NCBI GenBank assembly: GCA_944389195.1
Contig: CALXLM010000020.1
Span: forward strand, 10,328 to 74,327
Length of the DNA: 64,000 nucleotides
DNA from: an uncultured Opitutales bacterium
GTDB taxonomy: Bacteria; Verrucomicrobiota; Verrucomicrobiia; Opitutales; Intestinicryptomonadaceae
Reading direction: 5' to 3'
A model generated the notes under the pieces. The model was not told the origin of the DNA. It made no database searches and saw only the letters and a program-made list of their open reading frames with translations. The first letter of the stretch is position 1, and each line of letters begins with the position of its first letter. Made by a program: the position numbers and the translations under genes. Positions 48,277-58,600 of the stretch are shown here, piece by piece.

Positions 48277-50001
48277 ATGGACATAGAGTTTAAAATCAAC
48301 TCCCAACAAGTGGATTTTGAAGACTTTCCCGTATGCGCGGCAAAAATAACGAGGCGCTCTTCGGCCGCCGACGAGCTGTCAATATCGCTCGCCCCGCACG
48401 CGGCCGTCGTTCCGCAAATAGGAGACACCATAGAGGTCTTCTACCGCGGAGTGCGGAAGTTCGCGGGCAGAACCGCTAAAATTCCGCTTACAAAATCGGC
48501 GGAAAGGTCGGTAGTGGAAATAGTGGCTAAAAACGCATGGCTCGACCTCGAAGAAACCGTATATCAGCAAAAATGGGTGAGATCCATAAACGGAAACCCC
48601 GCAAGCGTATTCAGAAGCAGAGTCACATTGGGGCAGGATTTGGAAGGAGAAAAAATAAGCGTCGCCCAACAGCTGGAGGAAATTTTACAGTATGCAATAT
48701 CGTGCGGCGCGCAGCTGTCGGTAGGCTCCATCGACACCGACTCAGAAATGCTTCTCGACGAAACGCGCGACATATCGTGTTCTCAGGCCATAGCGCGCGT
48801 CCTAAAATGGGTCCCGAACTCGTCGGTATACTTCGATTATTCGACAGGCGGGCTTCCCGCCCTAAACATAAAAAAACGCGCCTCCCTTGAGACGGAAACC
48901 ATAGACATATCGCGCGGCTCGGTCTCCGCTGCGACGGTCACCGCCCGCCCCGACCTCGCAATAGAGGGCGTATCAATCAAATACGAACAGGAAAACAAGC
49001 AAAACGACACTACTTGGCTGGCCATATCCGAGGAGAAATATCCCCCGGACATCGTTTCCGACGCGCGCAAGACAATCGTCATGACCGTCGATTTGGACGG
49101 CTCGAGGTCGAGGTCGTCAACCTACAAAATCGTATGCGAAACGATACGCCCGGACAGCGTGCACTGGTGGAGGGAACATGTTCCGGCGCTCGCCGACGAA
49201 ACCCAAATAGAAATTCTCGAATACCAGCGGGACAATCCCAAATATTCACGCGAGCTGATTTCCGGGTCCATCGTGTCGGGCATGAACTTTGAAGTGGTAC
49301 CCGACCATGTAAGGGCAAAAATCAGATATGAAAAGCCGAACGGCGTCATCGTCACAAAAGACGTCGCAACCGCCGTCAAAACGACCAACGCCTTTACGGG
49401 AACGTTCACTATTTGGAAGACTTCGCAGCTCGCGGAAAAACGCCCGGAGGGAATCGCAAAGGCGATATACGAAGCCGCATCGTCGATGCAATACGAAGGC
49501 AGCGTATCCCTCGTGGGCGAACTCTCGGCAGACCGTTTCGGAAAGAAAATAAGGTTGTCTGGTTCGAAATATCCGGAATGGAACAGCATCGACGCGACTG
49601 TCGTCTATTCCGAAGAAAACCTGATAGATCAAACCACGCTGCTAAAATTCGGGCCCCCGAAACACCTTTATCCGGACAACATAGAGGAGCTATTCAGAAT
49701 AAGCAGAAACAGGGTGGTGACAAACGACTCCTCCACAAGGAAAACTGGGAAGCTGCCGTCGGACGAAGACGAAGACATGTCGCAGACAAAGGCCGAAATA
49801 AACGGCAACGAGGGTGATTCGTACTACGAAAGATTCATAGTCTCGGAAAATCCGTCCCTGTCCGAAGTAAGGAACATCGACCTGAACGTCGCCGACCTCG
49901 AGGGAAACGAAGCCGCAAAGATGCGCGAAATATATCTCTGCTATAACGGATATCTCGCGACGGCGAAAGTGCTCATGACAAACCCAGTAATCGAACAATA
50001 A
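48277..50001 (+). CDS. Putative baseplate hub / tail-tip (Tal/gpD-like) protein
   Basis: N-terminal DELSISL, IGDTIEVFYRGVRKFAGR, VEIVAKNAW pattern typical of hub proteins. Confidence 0.5.
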   Translation: MDIEFKINSQQVDFEDFPVCAAKITRRSSAADELSISLAPHAAVVPQIGDTIEVFYRGVRKFAGRTAKIPLTKSAERSVVEIVAKNAWLDLEETVYQQKWVRSINGNPASVFRSRVTLGQDLEGEKISVAQQLEEILQYAISCGAQLSVGSIDTDSEMLLDETRDISCSQAIARVLKWVPNSSVYFDYSTGGLPALNIKKRASLETETIDISRGSVSAATVTARPDLAIEGVSIKYEQENKQNDTTWLAISEEKYPPDIVSDARKTIVMTVDLDGSRSRSSTYKIVCETIRPDSVHWWREHVPALADETQIEILEYQRDNPKYSRELISGSIVSGMNFEVVPDHVRAKIRYEKPNGVIVTKDVATAVKTTNAFTGTFTIWKTSQLAEKRPEGIAKAIYEAASSMQYEGSVSLVGELSADRFGKKIRLSGSKYPEWNSIDATVVYSEENLIDQTTLLKFGPPKHLYPDNIEELFRISRNRVVTNDSSTRKTGKLPSDEDEDMSQTKAEINGNEGDSYYERFIVSENPSLSEVRNIDLNVADLEGNEAAKMREIYLCYNGYLATAKVLMTNPVIEQ

Positions 50002-50014
50002 AAATCTCCGCCGC

Positions 50015-50641
50015 ATGGACATTCCGAAAGAATTCACACACTTGTCGCCGATTCCATACCCTGTCACCTCCGTTTACGAAGATTACATTACCCTTCCCGT
50101 CGGCCCGTTTTCGGCGTCAGAATGCGTCGAATTTTTCTGGCGCGTAAGAAAAGTGTCCCTCTACGCGTCATTAAGCCTGTCGGTCATCGATACCGAAAAC
50201 AACTCGGTAATTTGGGACGTTTCAAAATACGCAATGCTCGACTCTGAGTTTGATTCGGGAGATTCGGCATTCGCAGTCCCCCCGCATGCCAGGTGCGCAA
50301 AAACGCATCCGTGCATGATGTCGAAAGACGGGGCGACCCTTCAGATTTCGGGCCCGTTTTTAGATGCCGAATATCCTGTTGAAACACCGATTGTCCAAAG
50401 GGGCTTCTTTTACGACATGTATCTCCAATTCGGGGCGGGCTCATTGGAGCTTTCAACGCGCTATATCGACTCCACCGCATCCAACAGTTCCGTGACAGTG
50501 GAAAGGTACCCCTTCGACATACTTGGAAAAACTTTTTTCCTAAACCTCAACATGCCGCGCATGTACATGAATCCCGCCGACCACGGACTCAATGTCAGCT
50601 ACGACTCGGAAGTTCAATTCGGATTCGAGTTTTACAACTGA
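50015..50641 (+). CDS. Hypothetical protein, last gene of the phage-like operon (possible receptor-binding/tip protein)
   Basis: 208 aa, beta-rich and aromatic; no recognisable family. Confidence 0.5.
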   Translation: MDIPKEFTHLSPIPYPVTSVYEDYITLPVGPFSASECVEFFWRVRKVSLYASLSLSVIDTENNSVIWDVSKYAMLDSEFDSGDSAFAVPPHARCAKTHPCMMSKDGATLQISGPFLDAEYPVETPIVQRGFFYDMYLQFGAGSLELSTRYIDSTASNSSVTVERYPFDILGKTFFLNLNMPRMYMNPADHGLNVSYDSEVQFGFEFYN

Positions 50642-50869
50642 CGCAATAAAAGCAAAACGCGCAAAAAACACCAGAAAACATGCGCTATGCCCTCGTTTCT
50701 GCGGACAAAAAACAAGCCTCCAAACGGCAAAATAAAAAACTCCCGCCGGAAAAATTTCTTTAATAATATTTTCGCAAAGAAAGACCCTTAAGAACGTGCC
50801 CATTAACGGAGTAATAAAATAACGCGCCATGCGGAAAAATACCTTGCGTATGCGATAAACGCCTGACCG

Positions 50870-50890
50870 ATGCAAGAAAGGTTCTTGCAT
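50870..50890. promoter_or_regulatory. Perfect palindrome, possible operator
   Basis: atgcaagaa-agg-ttcttgcat; half-site atgcaagaa recurs near 50913. Confidence 0.4.
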
Positions 50891-51092
50891 ATATTCAAAA
50901 AAAACCCGCGCCATGCAAGAAACTGCCGCAAAAATTCAACTTCATTCTCGGGCATCGCCTGCTGATTTCTCACTTTCACCCGGCACCCGGAGCAAGATTC
51001 CCCTCCCGCTTTACGGGGAATCCGGCGTTCTCCGCATAATGCCACGGATGCCGGAAACGGCGATTATTTTCCGATCCCTCGCGGCAATAGAA

Positions 51093-51926
51093 CTACCGTG
51101 GAATACGCAACACCTGTCCAGGTTTTAGCGACTCCGGCGTCGCCATTCTGTCGCGGTTGGCGTTGTAAATCTCGCGCCAGCGGCTCTTCCTGCCGTAAAC
51201 TTTCCTGCTTATATTCGAAAGCGTGTCTCCGGGTTGAACGACATAGCTCGAAGGGGTGTCGCGCCTTACCTGCGGCGCCGTAGCGGAAGCGGACGACCCC
51301 CTTTCGGGGGCCTGAGCGGCCGTATTCTGGGAAGGAGCTTCGGAACGCGACGACGATGACTGCACCCTTGCAACGCTGACGTTTTGAGAGGCCTTTAGTG
51401 AATCTATCATATCGGCGGCGGCATCGAGACGCTGTTTAAGCTCGAGGTTTTCCTTCTGAACTTTTTGGAGAAGCTCCTCAAGCTCCATTCTACGAACGTT
51501 GTTTTCAAACGGGCTTTCGGGAAGCGATGCGGCGAACTTTTTCTGCGCCGTGTTAATCATCTGCCGGACCATGGGCGAAACCTGCGAATTCGGCTTAAGT
51601 TCGAGAAATTTCCTAAAATGGTATATCGCCTGAATGGGGTCGTTCATATTGTCGAGATATATGCGCCCCAACTCGAAGTGCGACTCCGGCGCGTCTTTGC
51701 GCTTTTCCGTCACCTTAAGAAACGCGCTCATCGCCTCCGAAACATTACCCCTTCTGAGCTCGTCTTGCCCCCTGACAAAATGGGTTTCGCTTGTCTCTTT
51801 CACGGCTTCGGACTTTCCGAAGTCGCAACCGCCGGCGGTAAGTATATACAACGACGCAAGCGACGCGGCAAGCACCGCAAGCGCCGTTTTACCCTTGTAT
51901 GTAAGAATGTCGAAAGCAAAAGGCAT
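51093..51926 (-). CDS. TPR + LysM domain protein
   Basis: TPR (ESHFELGRIY, AIYHFRKFLEL), coiled coil, YVVQPGDTLSNISRKVYG...IYNAN...L.PGQVLRIP. Confidence 0.9.
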   Translation of the reverse strand: MPFAFDILTYKGKTALAVLAASLASLYILTAGGCDFGKSEAVKETSETHFVRGQDELRRGNVSEAMSAFLKVTEKRKDAPESHFELGRIYLDNMNDPIQAIYHFRKFLELKPNSQVSPMVRQMINTAQKKFAASLPESPFENNVRRMELEELLQKVQKENLELKQRLDAAADMIDSLKASQNVSVARVQSSSSRSEAPSQNTAAQAPERGSSASATAPQVRRDTPSSYVVQPGDTLSNISRKVYGRKSRWREIYNANRDRMATPESLKPGQVLRIPR

Positions 51927-51935
51927 CGCTTGATA

Positions 51936-53486
51936 TCAATGGCGGAAGTGCCGCACCCTCGTAAAGACCATTGCCATATTGTTTTCGTCGGCTGCGGCGA
52001 TGACTTCGGCGTCGCGAACTGAGCCGCCGGGTTGTATCGCAGCTGTGGCGCCGGCTTTTGCCGCGGCGACAAGCCCATCGGCAAACGGGAAAAAAGCGTC
52101 CGAGGCAATTACGCTGCCTTTCAAAGAAAGTCCAGCCTGGCCGGCCTTCCAAACCGCAATCTGCGAACTGTCCACCCTCGACATCTGCCCCGCCCCTATT
52201 CCGAGCGTGCGCTCGCCTCCGGCGTAAACTATCGCGTTGCTCTTGACGTGCTTTGCGACTTTCCAACCGAACAGCATGGCATTCCACTCCTCTTCGGTAG
52301 GGGCGCGCTTAGTGACGACCTCCATATTTTCCTTCAACTCGGCGGCGACGTCGGCGTCTTGCGCCAAAACCCCGCCGACCACGCTCTTGAATTGCAATCC
52401 GTGCACTCCCTCGCATGTGGAAAGCATCAAGCGCAGATTCTTTTTCTTCGTCAATATTTCTATCGCCTCGTCGGAAAAGTTGGGAGCTATTATGACTTCC
52501 GAGAATATTCCCGATATAACCCGGGCCAAGTCGACCTCCATCGTCCTATTCGACACGATTATCCCACCGAAAGGAGCCTGCTTGTCGGTCTCAAATGCCA
52601 TATTCCACGCCTCCAAAAGGTTGTCACAAGAGGCGACGCCGCATGGATTGGTATGCTTCAGAATCGCCACCGTCGGCTTTTCAAACTCGGATATAAGAAG
52701 AGCGGCAGCGCTTATGTCTATTATGTTGTTGTACGAAAGCTCCTTTCCGTGCAGCTGGCGGAAACAGCGCCCAAAATCTCCGTATAGGGCAGCTTTTTGG
52801 TGTGGATTCTCGCCGTATCTCATCTTCTGCACGAGCGGCAAACCGATATTCAGGGTGTCGGGCAAAGAGCCGGAACCGTTAAATTTCTCGTTGAGGTAAT
52901 TTGAAATAGCAGCGTCGTAGGAGCTTGTCCGCTGGTAAACCTTGAGGGCCAATTTCCTTCTTAGGCTTGCCAGTTCTTCTCCGCCCTTTCTCATCGCATC
53001 GAGAACCGAAGGGTAGTCTCGGCTGTCGCACACCACCGTCACGCTGGCGTGGTTTTTAGCCGCGGAACGCAGCATTGAGGGACCGCCTATGTCTATGTTT
53101 TCTATGGCATCCTCCAAAGTGCAGCCCGGCTTTGCGACGGTCGCCTCGAACGGATAAAGGTTGACCGCCACAAGGTCTATCATTCCTATGCCGTGCTCCT
53201 CAGCCTGCTTCATGTGCGCCTCTGAGGACCGAAGGCACAAAAGCCCGCCGTGGATTTTCGGATGCAAAGTCTTAACCCTGCCGTCCATCATTTCGGGAAA
53301 TCCGGTATAGTCGCTCACCTCCGTGACGGGGATTCCGTTTTCGGCCAGCAGCCTTGCCGTTCCGCCGGTGGAAAGAATCGTATAGCCGTGATGCCTCACC
53401 AATTCTTTCGCAAATTCAACTACGCCCGTTTTGTCGCTTACGGATATTAATGCGCGCTTTTCCATACCACCGGAAATCAAGCCCAT
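51936..53486 (-). CDS. purH: Bifunctional AICAR transformylase / IMP cyclohydrolase
   Basis: [48 protein letters not shown]. Confidence 0.98.
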   Translation of the reverse strand: MGLISGGMEKRALISVSDKTGVVEFAKELVRHHGYTILSTGGTARLLAENGIPVTEVSDYTGFPEMMDGRVKTLHPKIHGGLLCLRSSEAHMKQAEEHGIGMIDLVAVNLYPFEATVAKPGCTLEDAIENIDIGGPSMLRSAAKNHASVTVVCDSRDYPSVLDAMRKGGEELASLRRKLALKVYQRTSSYDAAISNYLNEKFNGSGSLPDTLNIGLPLVQKMRYGENPHQKAALYGDFGRCFRQLHGKELSYNNIIDISAAALLISEFEKPTVAILKHTNPCGVASCDNLLEAWNMAFETDKQAPFGGIIVSNRTMEVDLARVISGIFSEVIIAPNFSDEAIEILTKKKNLRLMLSTCEGVHGLQFKSVVGGVLAQDADVAAELKENMEVVTKRAPTEEEWNAMLFGWKVAKHVKSNAIVYAGGERTLGIGAGQMSRVDSSQIAVWKAGQAGLSLKGSVIASDAFFPFADGLVAAAKAGATAAIQPGGSVRDAEVIAAADENNMAMVFTRVRHFRH

Positions 53487-53588
53487 TGCGGCCTCCCTGA
53501 CAAGTATATTTTTAGCTTTGCCGAATTTTTTTTTGCCGCTTCATTTTTTAATTGCGAAAAAGCATGTTTTTGAAACGATTGTTCGCCG

Positions 53589-54566
53589 TTGAATAATTTT
53601 CATGACATTACAAATCCTTTCGGGGAACTTTCAAGCGACCTCAATCGGCAGCTGTCGGACTTCAAGCGCTACCTTTTAAAACAGGCCTCCGCCTTCGAGA
53701 GGGAGGTGCGGCCGGCGGCAAGGGACGCCATTTATCCGCGCGGCAAATACATAAGGCCCATTCTGGTGTTTTCGTCCGCGCTTGACGGCTCCGACGAAAA
53801 GTCCCTCGTGAGGCGCGCCGCCATAGCCGAACTCGTGCACCTTTCCACCCTCATACACGACGACGTCATCGACGAAGCCGACATGAGGCGGAACAACGAA
53901 ACGGCCTTTAAAAAGTACGGCGCAAAAACCGCCATACTTCTCGGGGACGCAATATTCTCGCACATGATGTCGCTCGCCTTTGAAGAAAACAGCATGGACG
54001 TGCTGAAAAAGACGGCGGACTGCGTGAGGACAATCTGCGAGGGTGAAATAAAACAGACGCTCGCAGACAGAACCAAAATAGTTTCCCGAAAGAAATACTA
54101 CGACGTCGCCTACGGAAAAACAGCCGCCCTGTTCGAACTGTCGTGCCATTTCGGCGCGTCGGTGCGCGATAAAAGCCAAAAATGGACGAGGGCCGCCGAA
54201 AAGGCGGGAAGGCAGCTCGGAATAGCCTACCAAATTTACGACGACATCTGCGACTGGTTTATGTCGGAAAAGGCCGCCGGGAAAACCCTCGGCACGGATT
54301 TGACATCGGGCAAACAAACCTATCCCCTAATAGTGCTGCTGGAGAAGCTTCCCGCAAAGGAGTCGGCCCGCCTGGCAAAAAACCTTCCGAACGAACAGCC
54401 TTCAAAAATAACCGAAATGATGCGTTCATTCGGCGTTCCCGACGACTGCCAAAAAGAGTTCGCAAGGCGCGTAGGACGGGCCGAAAAATCGCTCGAGAAA
54501 TTCCCGTCGGAAAACCGAAAACTAATGAAGTTCTGCTCGGCCATGCGCGCGCTGAAATTCGGCTGA
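53589..54566 (+). CDS. Polyprenyl diphosphate synthase (IspB-like)
   Basis: GKYIRP, LIHDDVID FARM, KTAALF, YQIYDD SARM, GTDL..GK.T.P. Confidence 0.9.
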   Translation: MNNFHDITNPFGELSSDLNRQLSDFKRYLLKQASAFEREVRPAARDAIYPRGKYIRPILVFSSALDGSDEKSLVRRAAIAELVHLSTLIHDDVIDEADMRRNNETAFKKYGAKTAILLGDAIFSHMMSLAFEENSMDVLKKTADCVRTICEGEIKQTLADRTKIVSRKKYYDVAYGKTAALFELSCHFGASVRDKSQKWTRAAEKAGRQLGIAYQIYDDICDWFMSEKAAGKTLGTDLTSGKQTYPLIVLLEKLPAKESARLAKNLPNEQPSKITEMMRSFGVPDDCQKEFARRVGRAEKSLEKFPSENRKLMKFCSAMRALKFG

Positions 54567-54595
54567 CGTTACCCCGGGGGAAGCGTTTTTTTCAA

Positions 54596-55645
54596 ATGGA
54601 CACCAACGTCAAACGCGGAAACATTTACGTCGTCGGAATATCGCATCTGTGCGCCGACGCGGAAACGCTCGGCAGATACGGCGTACCCGGAGATTCGGCA
54701 GCCGCTCTTGAAAGTTCCGTTTTGTCGTCCGTCCGGATATCCGAAGCGCTTATTCTCAGTACATGCAACAGGGTCGAAATATACCTCGTGTCTGATTCCG
54801 ACAACTGCGCACAGGCCGCGGCCGAAGCCTTTGCGAAAGCCGCCGCGACAGACGGCGACGCCGAAGCCTTTAAGCGCGCGGCTTATATCAAAAAAAATGG
54901 CGACGCCATCTGCCATATATTCGAAGTGGCGTCGGGCCTGCAGTCGCAGATGACCGGAGAGACCGAAATACTCGGCCAGGTAAAGGCCGCATATTCGCGT
55001 TCCTATCTGGCTGGGCACTGCTCGACGGTTCTGAACACAGTTTTCCAAAAGGCCAACCAATGCGCGAAATGGGTGAGGACAAACACCGACATCGGGCACG
55101 GCAAAATAAGCCTAGGATCCGTAGCTTCAGAATTGGCAGACAGAATCTTCAACGATGTTTCGAAGGCAAAAATACTCCTCATAGGTTCGGGAGAGGCAGG
55201 AAGGCTCGTGGCCGACGCACTTTTCGTGCGCGGCGCAAAAAATATAACGGTTTCAAGCAGAAGGCGCGAGCACGCCGAAACGCTCGCCGCCCAGATAGGA
55301 GGCCGGGCTGCCGACATGGACGAATCTGCCGAACGTCTGCACGCATTTGACATAGTTATAACGGCAAGTTTTTCGCCCGTGCCGCTTATTGACGCAAAAC
55401 GCGCGAAACGCGCTGCGGCCGAACGCGCCGGAAAACCGCTGTTCTTGATTGATCTGGCGGTCCCCCGCAACGTAGAGCCGGCATGCTCCAATATCGAGGA
55501 TGTCTATCTTTACGACCTTGAAGACCTATCAAAAATAGCCAACGAAAATATCGCCATGAGAAAAGCGGAAATAAGCACGGCGCGAAAATCGATATTTGAA
55601 AAGGCTGGGGCGGTAGCCGACAGACTGGGCTTTACTTTACCATAA
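54596..55645 (+). CDS. hemA: Glutamyl-tRNA reductase (short form)
   Basis: LSTCNRVE, VASGLQS..GETEILGQVK, IGSGEAG, DLAVPRNVE; start trimmed to MDTNVK (349 aa). Confidence 0.9.
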   Translation: MDTNVKRGNIYVVGISHLCADAETLGRYGVPGDSAAALESSVLSSVRISEALILSTCNRVEIYLVSDSDNCAQAAAEAFAKAAATDGDAEAFKRAAYIKKNGDAICHIFEVASGLQSQMTGETEILGQVKAAYSRSYLAGHCSTVLNTVFQKANQCAKWVRTNTDIGHGKISLGSVASELADRIFNDVSKAKILLIGSGEAGRLVADALFVRGAKNITVSSRRREHAETLAAQIGGRAADMDESAERLHAFDIVITASFSPVPLIDAKRAKRAAAERAGKPLFLIDLAVPRNVEPACSNIEDVYLYDLEDLSKIANENIAMRKAEISTARKSIFEKAGAVADRLGFTLP

Positions 55646-55653
55646 AAACAACT

Positions 55654-58600
55654 ATGAATTACCGGACTATTATCAATTCACTTGAAACGCTCGGAGCGCC
55701 GTGCCTGATTTTTATATGCGCCGTATCGACCTCCAACGCGGCGGAAATATTCCGAATAGGAAAGCCGGACGCATCGGCGGCGGAATTTAAAATATTCAGG
55801 AATTTGGCCGACCCGCGCTACACGTTTCAAAAATCCCAACTGCAAAAGACCGACGATTGCCGCGCCTTCCGCGATATAGACGATATCCGCGGTTTCTGCT
55901 CAAAGCCGTTTGAATTTACGGTCGGCGAATCGCATGAAAAAGATTTCCCCTTTATACACCCTATCGGCGGCTGCTGGTGGAAGGCGCATCTGAAAGGTAT
56001 CGTTATAAATTTCGACGCCCCGGAAAATACGCCGGAAGAACTGTATTTCAGGGTGGGCATATCCGATATGTCCGACATGGGGCCGATAGACCTCGAGGTT
56101 TTTCTAAACGGAGAAAGCATCGGCGTAAAAACGGGGGTAAATACGGGAGTCGGGTTCGGCGGGACGCTCGCATACAAGCCTACCGCGACCGGCATTCCAC
56201 ACTCCGTGTCCTTTAAATTCGACTCCTCAAAGCTCAAAAAAGGAAAGAACCGCATCGAGATAAGGCCGAAGGCGCGGTCGCCGAGGCCGTCATGGTTCGC
56301 ATACGACTATGTCGAGCTTTCGGATTCTCCCGAAGCCCCGAAAATTCCCGACTGCCGCGACGAAATTCTAAAAAACGCCGTGCGCGCGGCCGGAACCGCC
56401 AAAGTCGTATTTTCCACGCGCGGAGAGGGGCGCGACTACCATTGGTACTCTAATATCGGGAAAACATGCTGGGTAAAAACAGGAGTGGCGCAGATAGACG
56501 CCCGTTTCGACTGCGAAATGTTCAGCCGCCTCGGCGGAAAGCTGTGCGTCTACGACCTCGTCACAGGGGAACTGAAAAACCTTGTCGACGATCCGGACGG
56601 CTGCGTGCGAGACCACACGCTCAGCTTCGACGGCAAGAAAATACTCTTTTCCTACCGCAAGGGCAAGTCGGGCTCGTTTCGGCTCTACGAAATAGGCGCC
56701 GACGGCAAAGGCCTAAAAAAGCTGCCAATAGGCGCGGAGGGAACGGACGACATTGAGCCTGCCTATCTTCCGAACGGGGACATAGTGTTCGCATCGTCGC
56801 GCCTAGGCAAGACGGTTCAATGTTTCTTTATGCCCGTCACCGACATACACAGGTGGTACCGCAGCGAAAACAAAATAGCCGTGCTTTCGCAAAATCCCGA
56901 CGTCGACAGCACTCCGAACGTTCTGCCCGACGGCAGAATAATATATATGCGTTGGGACTACAACCACAGGAACCAGCTCGCCTTCCACCATCTGTGGACG
57001 ATGAATCCCGACGGCAGCGGCGACGCCGTATATTTCGGAAACAACAATCCGGGTCACCTGTTTATATCCCCCGCGCCGATCCCCGACGAGAACGGCGTGG
57101 TGTTCACGCTTTCGCGCGGGCACAGCGGCCGTGACCACTTCGGCGAGGTGGCAAAGCTGGTGCAGCCGGTCGATCCCGACGATCCATACTGCCTGCAATT
57201 CGTCAGCGGCGACATATCCGCCAAATTTAACCGCCCGCAGCCCCTCGGGAACGGATACACCATGGCGACCGACGGCAGGAACATCGCCATATTCAACGCG
57301 GACGGGCAATACAAAACGGTATCCGGCATTCCGGAATGGATATTCGCCTCAGACAAAACCGTCAGAATGAGCGTTGTTGGCTGGAAAAACGGCAAGGACA
57401 AAGTCCCCAAAGAGTGCAGGGTAATCATGCAGGGCGCAATGCCGCTGAAGGCCAAGCCCAAACCTGCGGCGCGCCCCGACATGGCAGATTTAGACGCAAA
57501 GACGGCCGCCGTGTTTCTGCAGGACGTATATCACGGAAGAAACATGGCCGGCGTAAAGCGCGGCAGCATAGACAGGCTGCTCGTGCTGCAGGTGCTGCCC
57601 ACTCCCGCGCATTACAACGGCGGTTCGAACCAGCTCAACAGGCTTGGCGGATTCGCGCTCGAGAGAATTTTGGGAACCGTGCCGGTCGAAGAAGACGGAT
57701 CCGCAAGTTTCGAGGTCCCGGCGCACCGCGCTATCGCGTTTGTCGCGCTCGACAAACAGGGCCGCGCCGTCAAGCGCATGCAAAGTTTTGTGGCGTTCGC
57801 CCCGGGCACGAACACCAGCTGCATAGGGTGCCACGAAATGCGGGCCGAAGCCCCCATTCCCAAAATGGGGCGCCCGCGCTCCTACGGCAAAATATCCAAG
57901 ATAACGCCCTTCAGAGGAGAGTCGCCCATAGACTACCGCCGGCAGATACAGCCCCTGCTCGACAAATACTGCCTCGAATGCCACAACAGCTCAAAGCCCA
58001 CCGCCGGCATTATTTTGGACGGGGACCTCGGCGCAAATTTCATACATTCATACATAGCACTCGACGAACGCGGACAGATGACAACCGGCCGAAACGAATT
58101 CGGAAACATGCCGCCCTACTCTTTCGGTTCGGGGTCGAGTAAAATTCTCGAAAAATTCCGGAAAGGGCACTGCGGCAAAGATGCGTCCGACGCGGACCTC
58201 GAGCTTCTCATGCGCTGGCTCGACACCGGCGCTATGCAAATAGGCGCATATGCCGCGTTGAATACGGGCTTTCTTCATTCCTATCTCCAGGGCGGGGTAG
58301 TCAGGCTTGAAGACGAAAACCCCGAAAACGCCGCGGCGTATGCCGCCGTTGAAAACGCCTGCGGAAAATGCCATTCCGGCGAAGCGCAAATTCCCCGCAG
58401 GGTATTTGAACCGAAACAAAACTACGGGGAAACCGTGTTTGACTACAGAAGCGCGTTTGAAAGCGCGTGCGTGGAAAAAATAAAATATAAGACGCCCGAC
58501 GGCAAGGTAGGCGAATCAAAAATTCTGGCCGACCTGCTCTACAATTTCAGCGCTCCCGAAAAGTCGCTGGCGCTCACCATACCGCTTGCGCGGGAACGCG

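Larger units (their letters stand above)
38479..50641. mobile_element. Split Mu-like head/packaging gene set (domesticated prophage or GTA-like element)
   Basis: gp25-28-like operon on the minus strand and portal-protease-decoration-capsid-neck-hub operon on the plus strand, interrupted by two host genes; no transposase or integrase. Confidence 0.75.

Noticed and set aside
36161-50959. tRNA-Val as attachment site for the phage-like region (gcatcgcc shared between the tRNA 3' end and 50952-50959)
   Set aside because: Only 8 bp, no integrase, Mu-like elements do not use tRNA att sites, and housekeeping genes lie between.
54182-54595. Long N-terminal extension of HemA in the ORF track
   Set aside because: Overlaps the polyprenyl synthase in another frame; homology starts at MDTNVK (54596).
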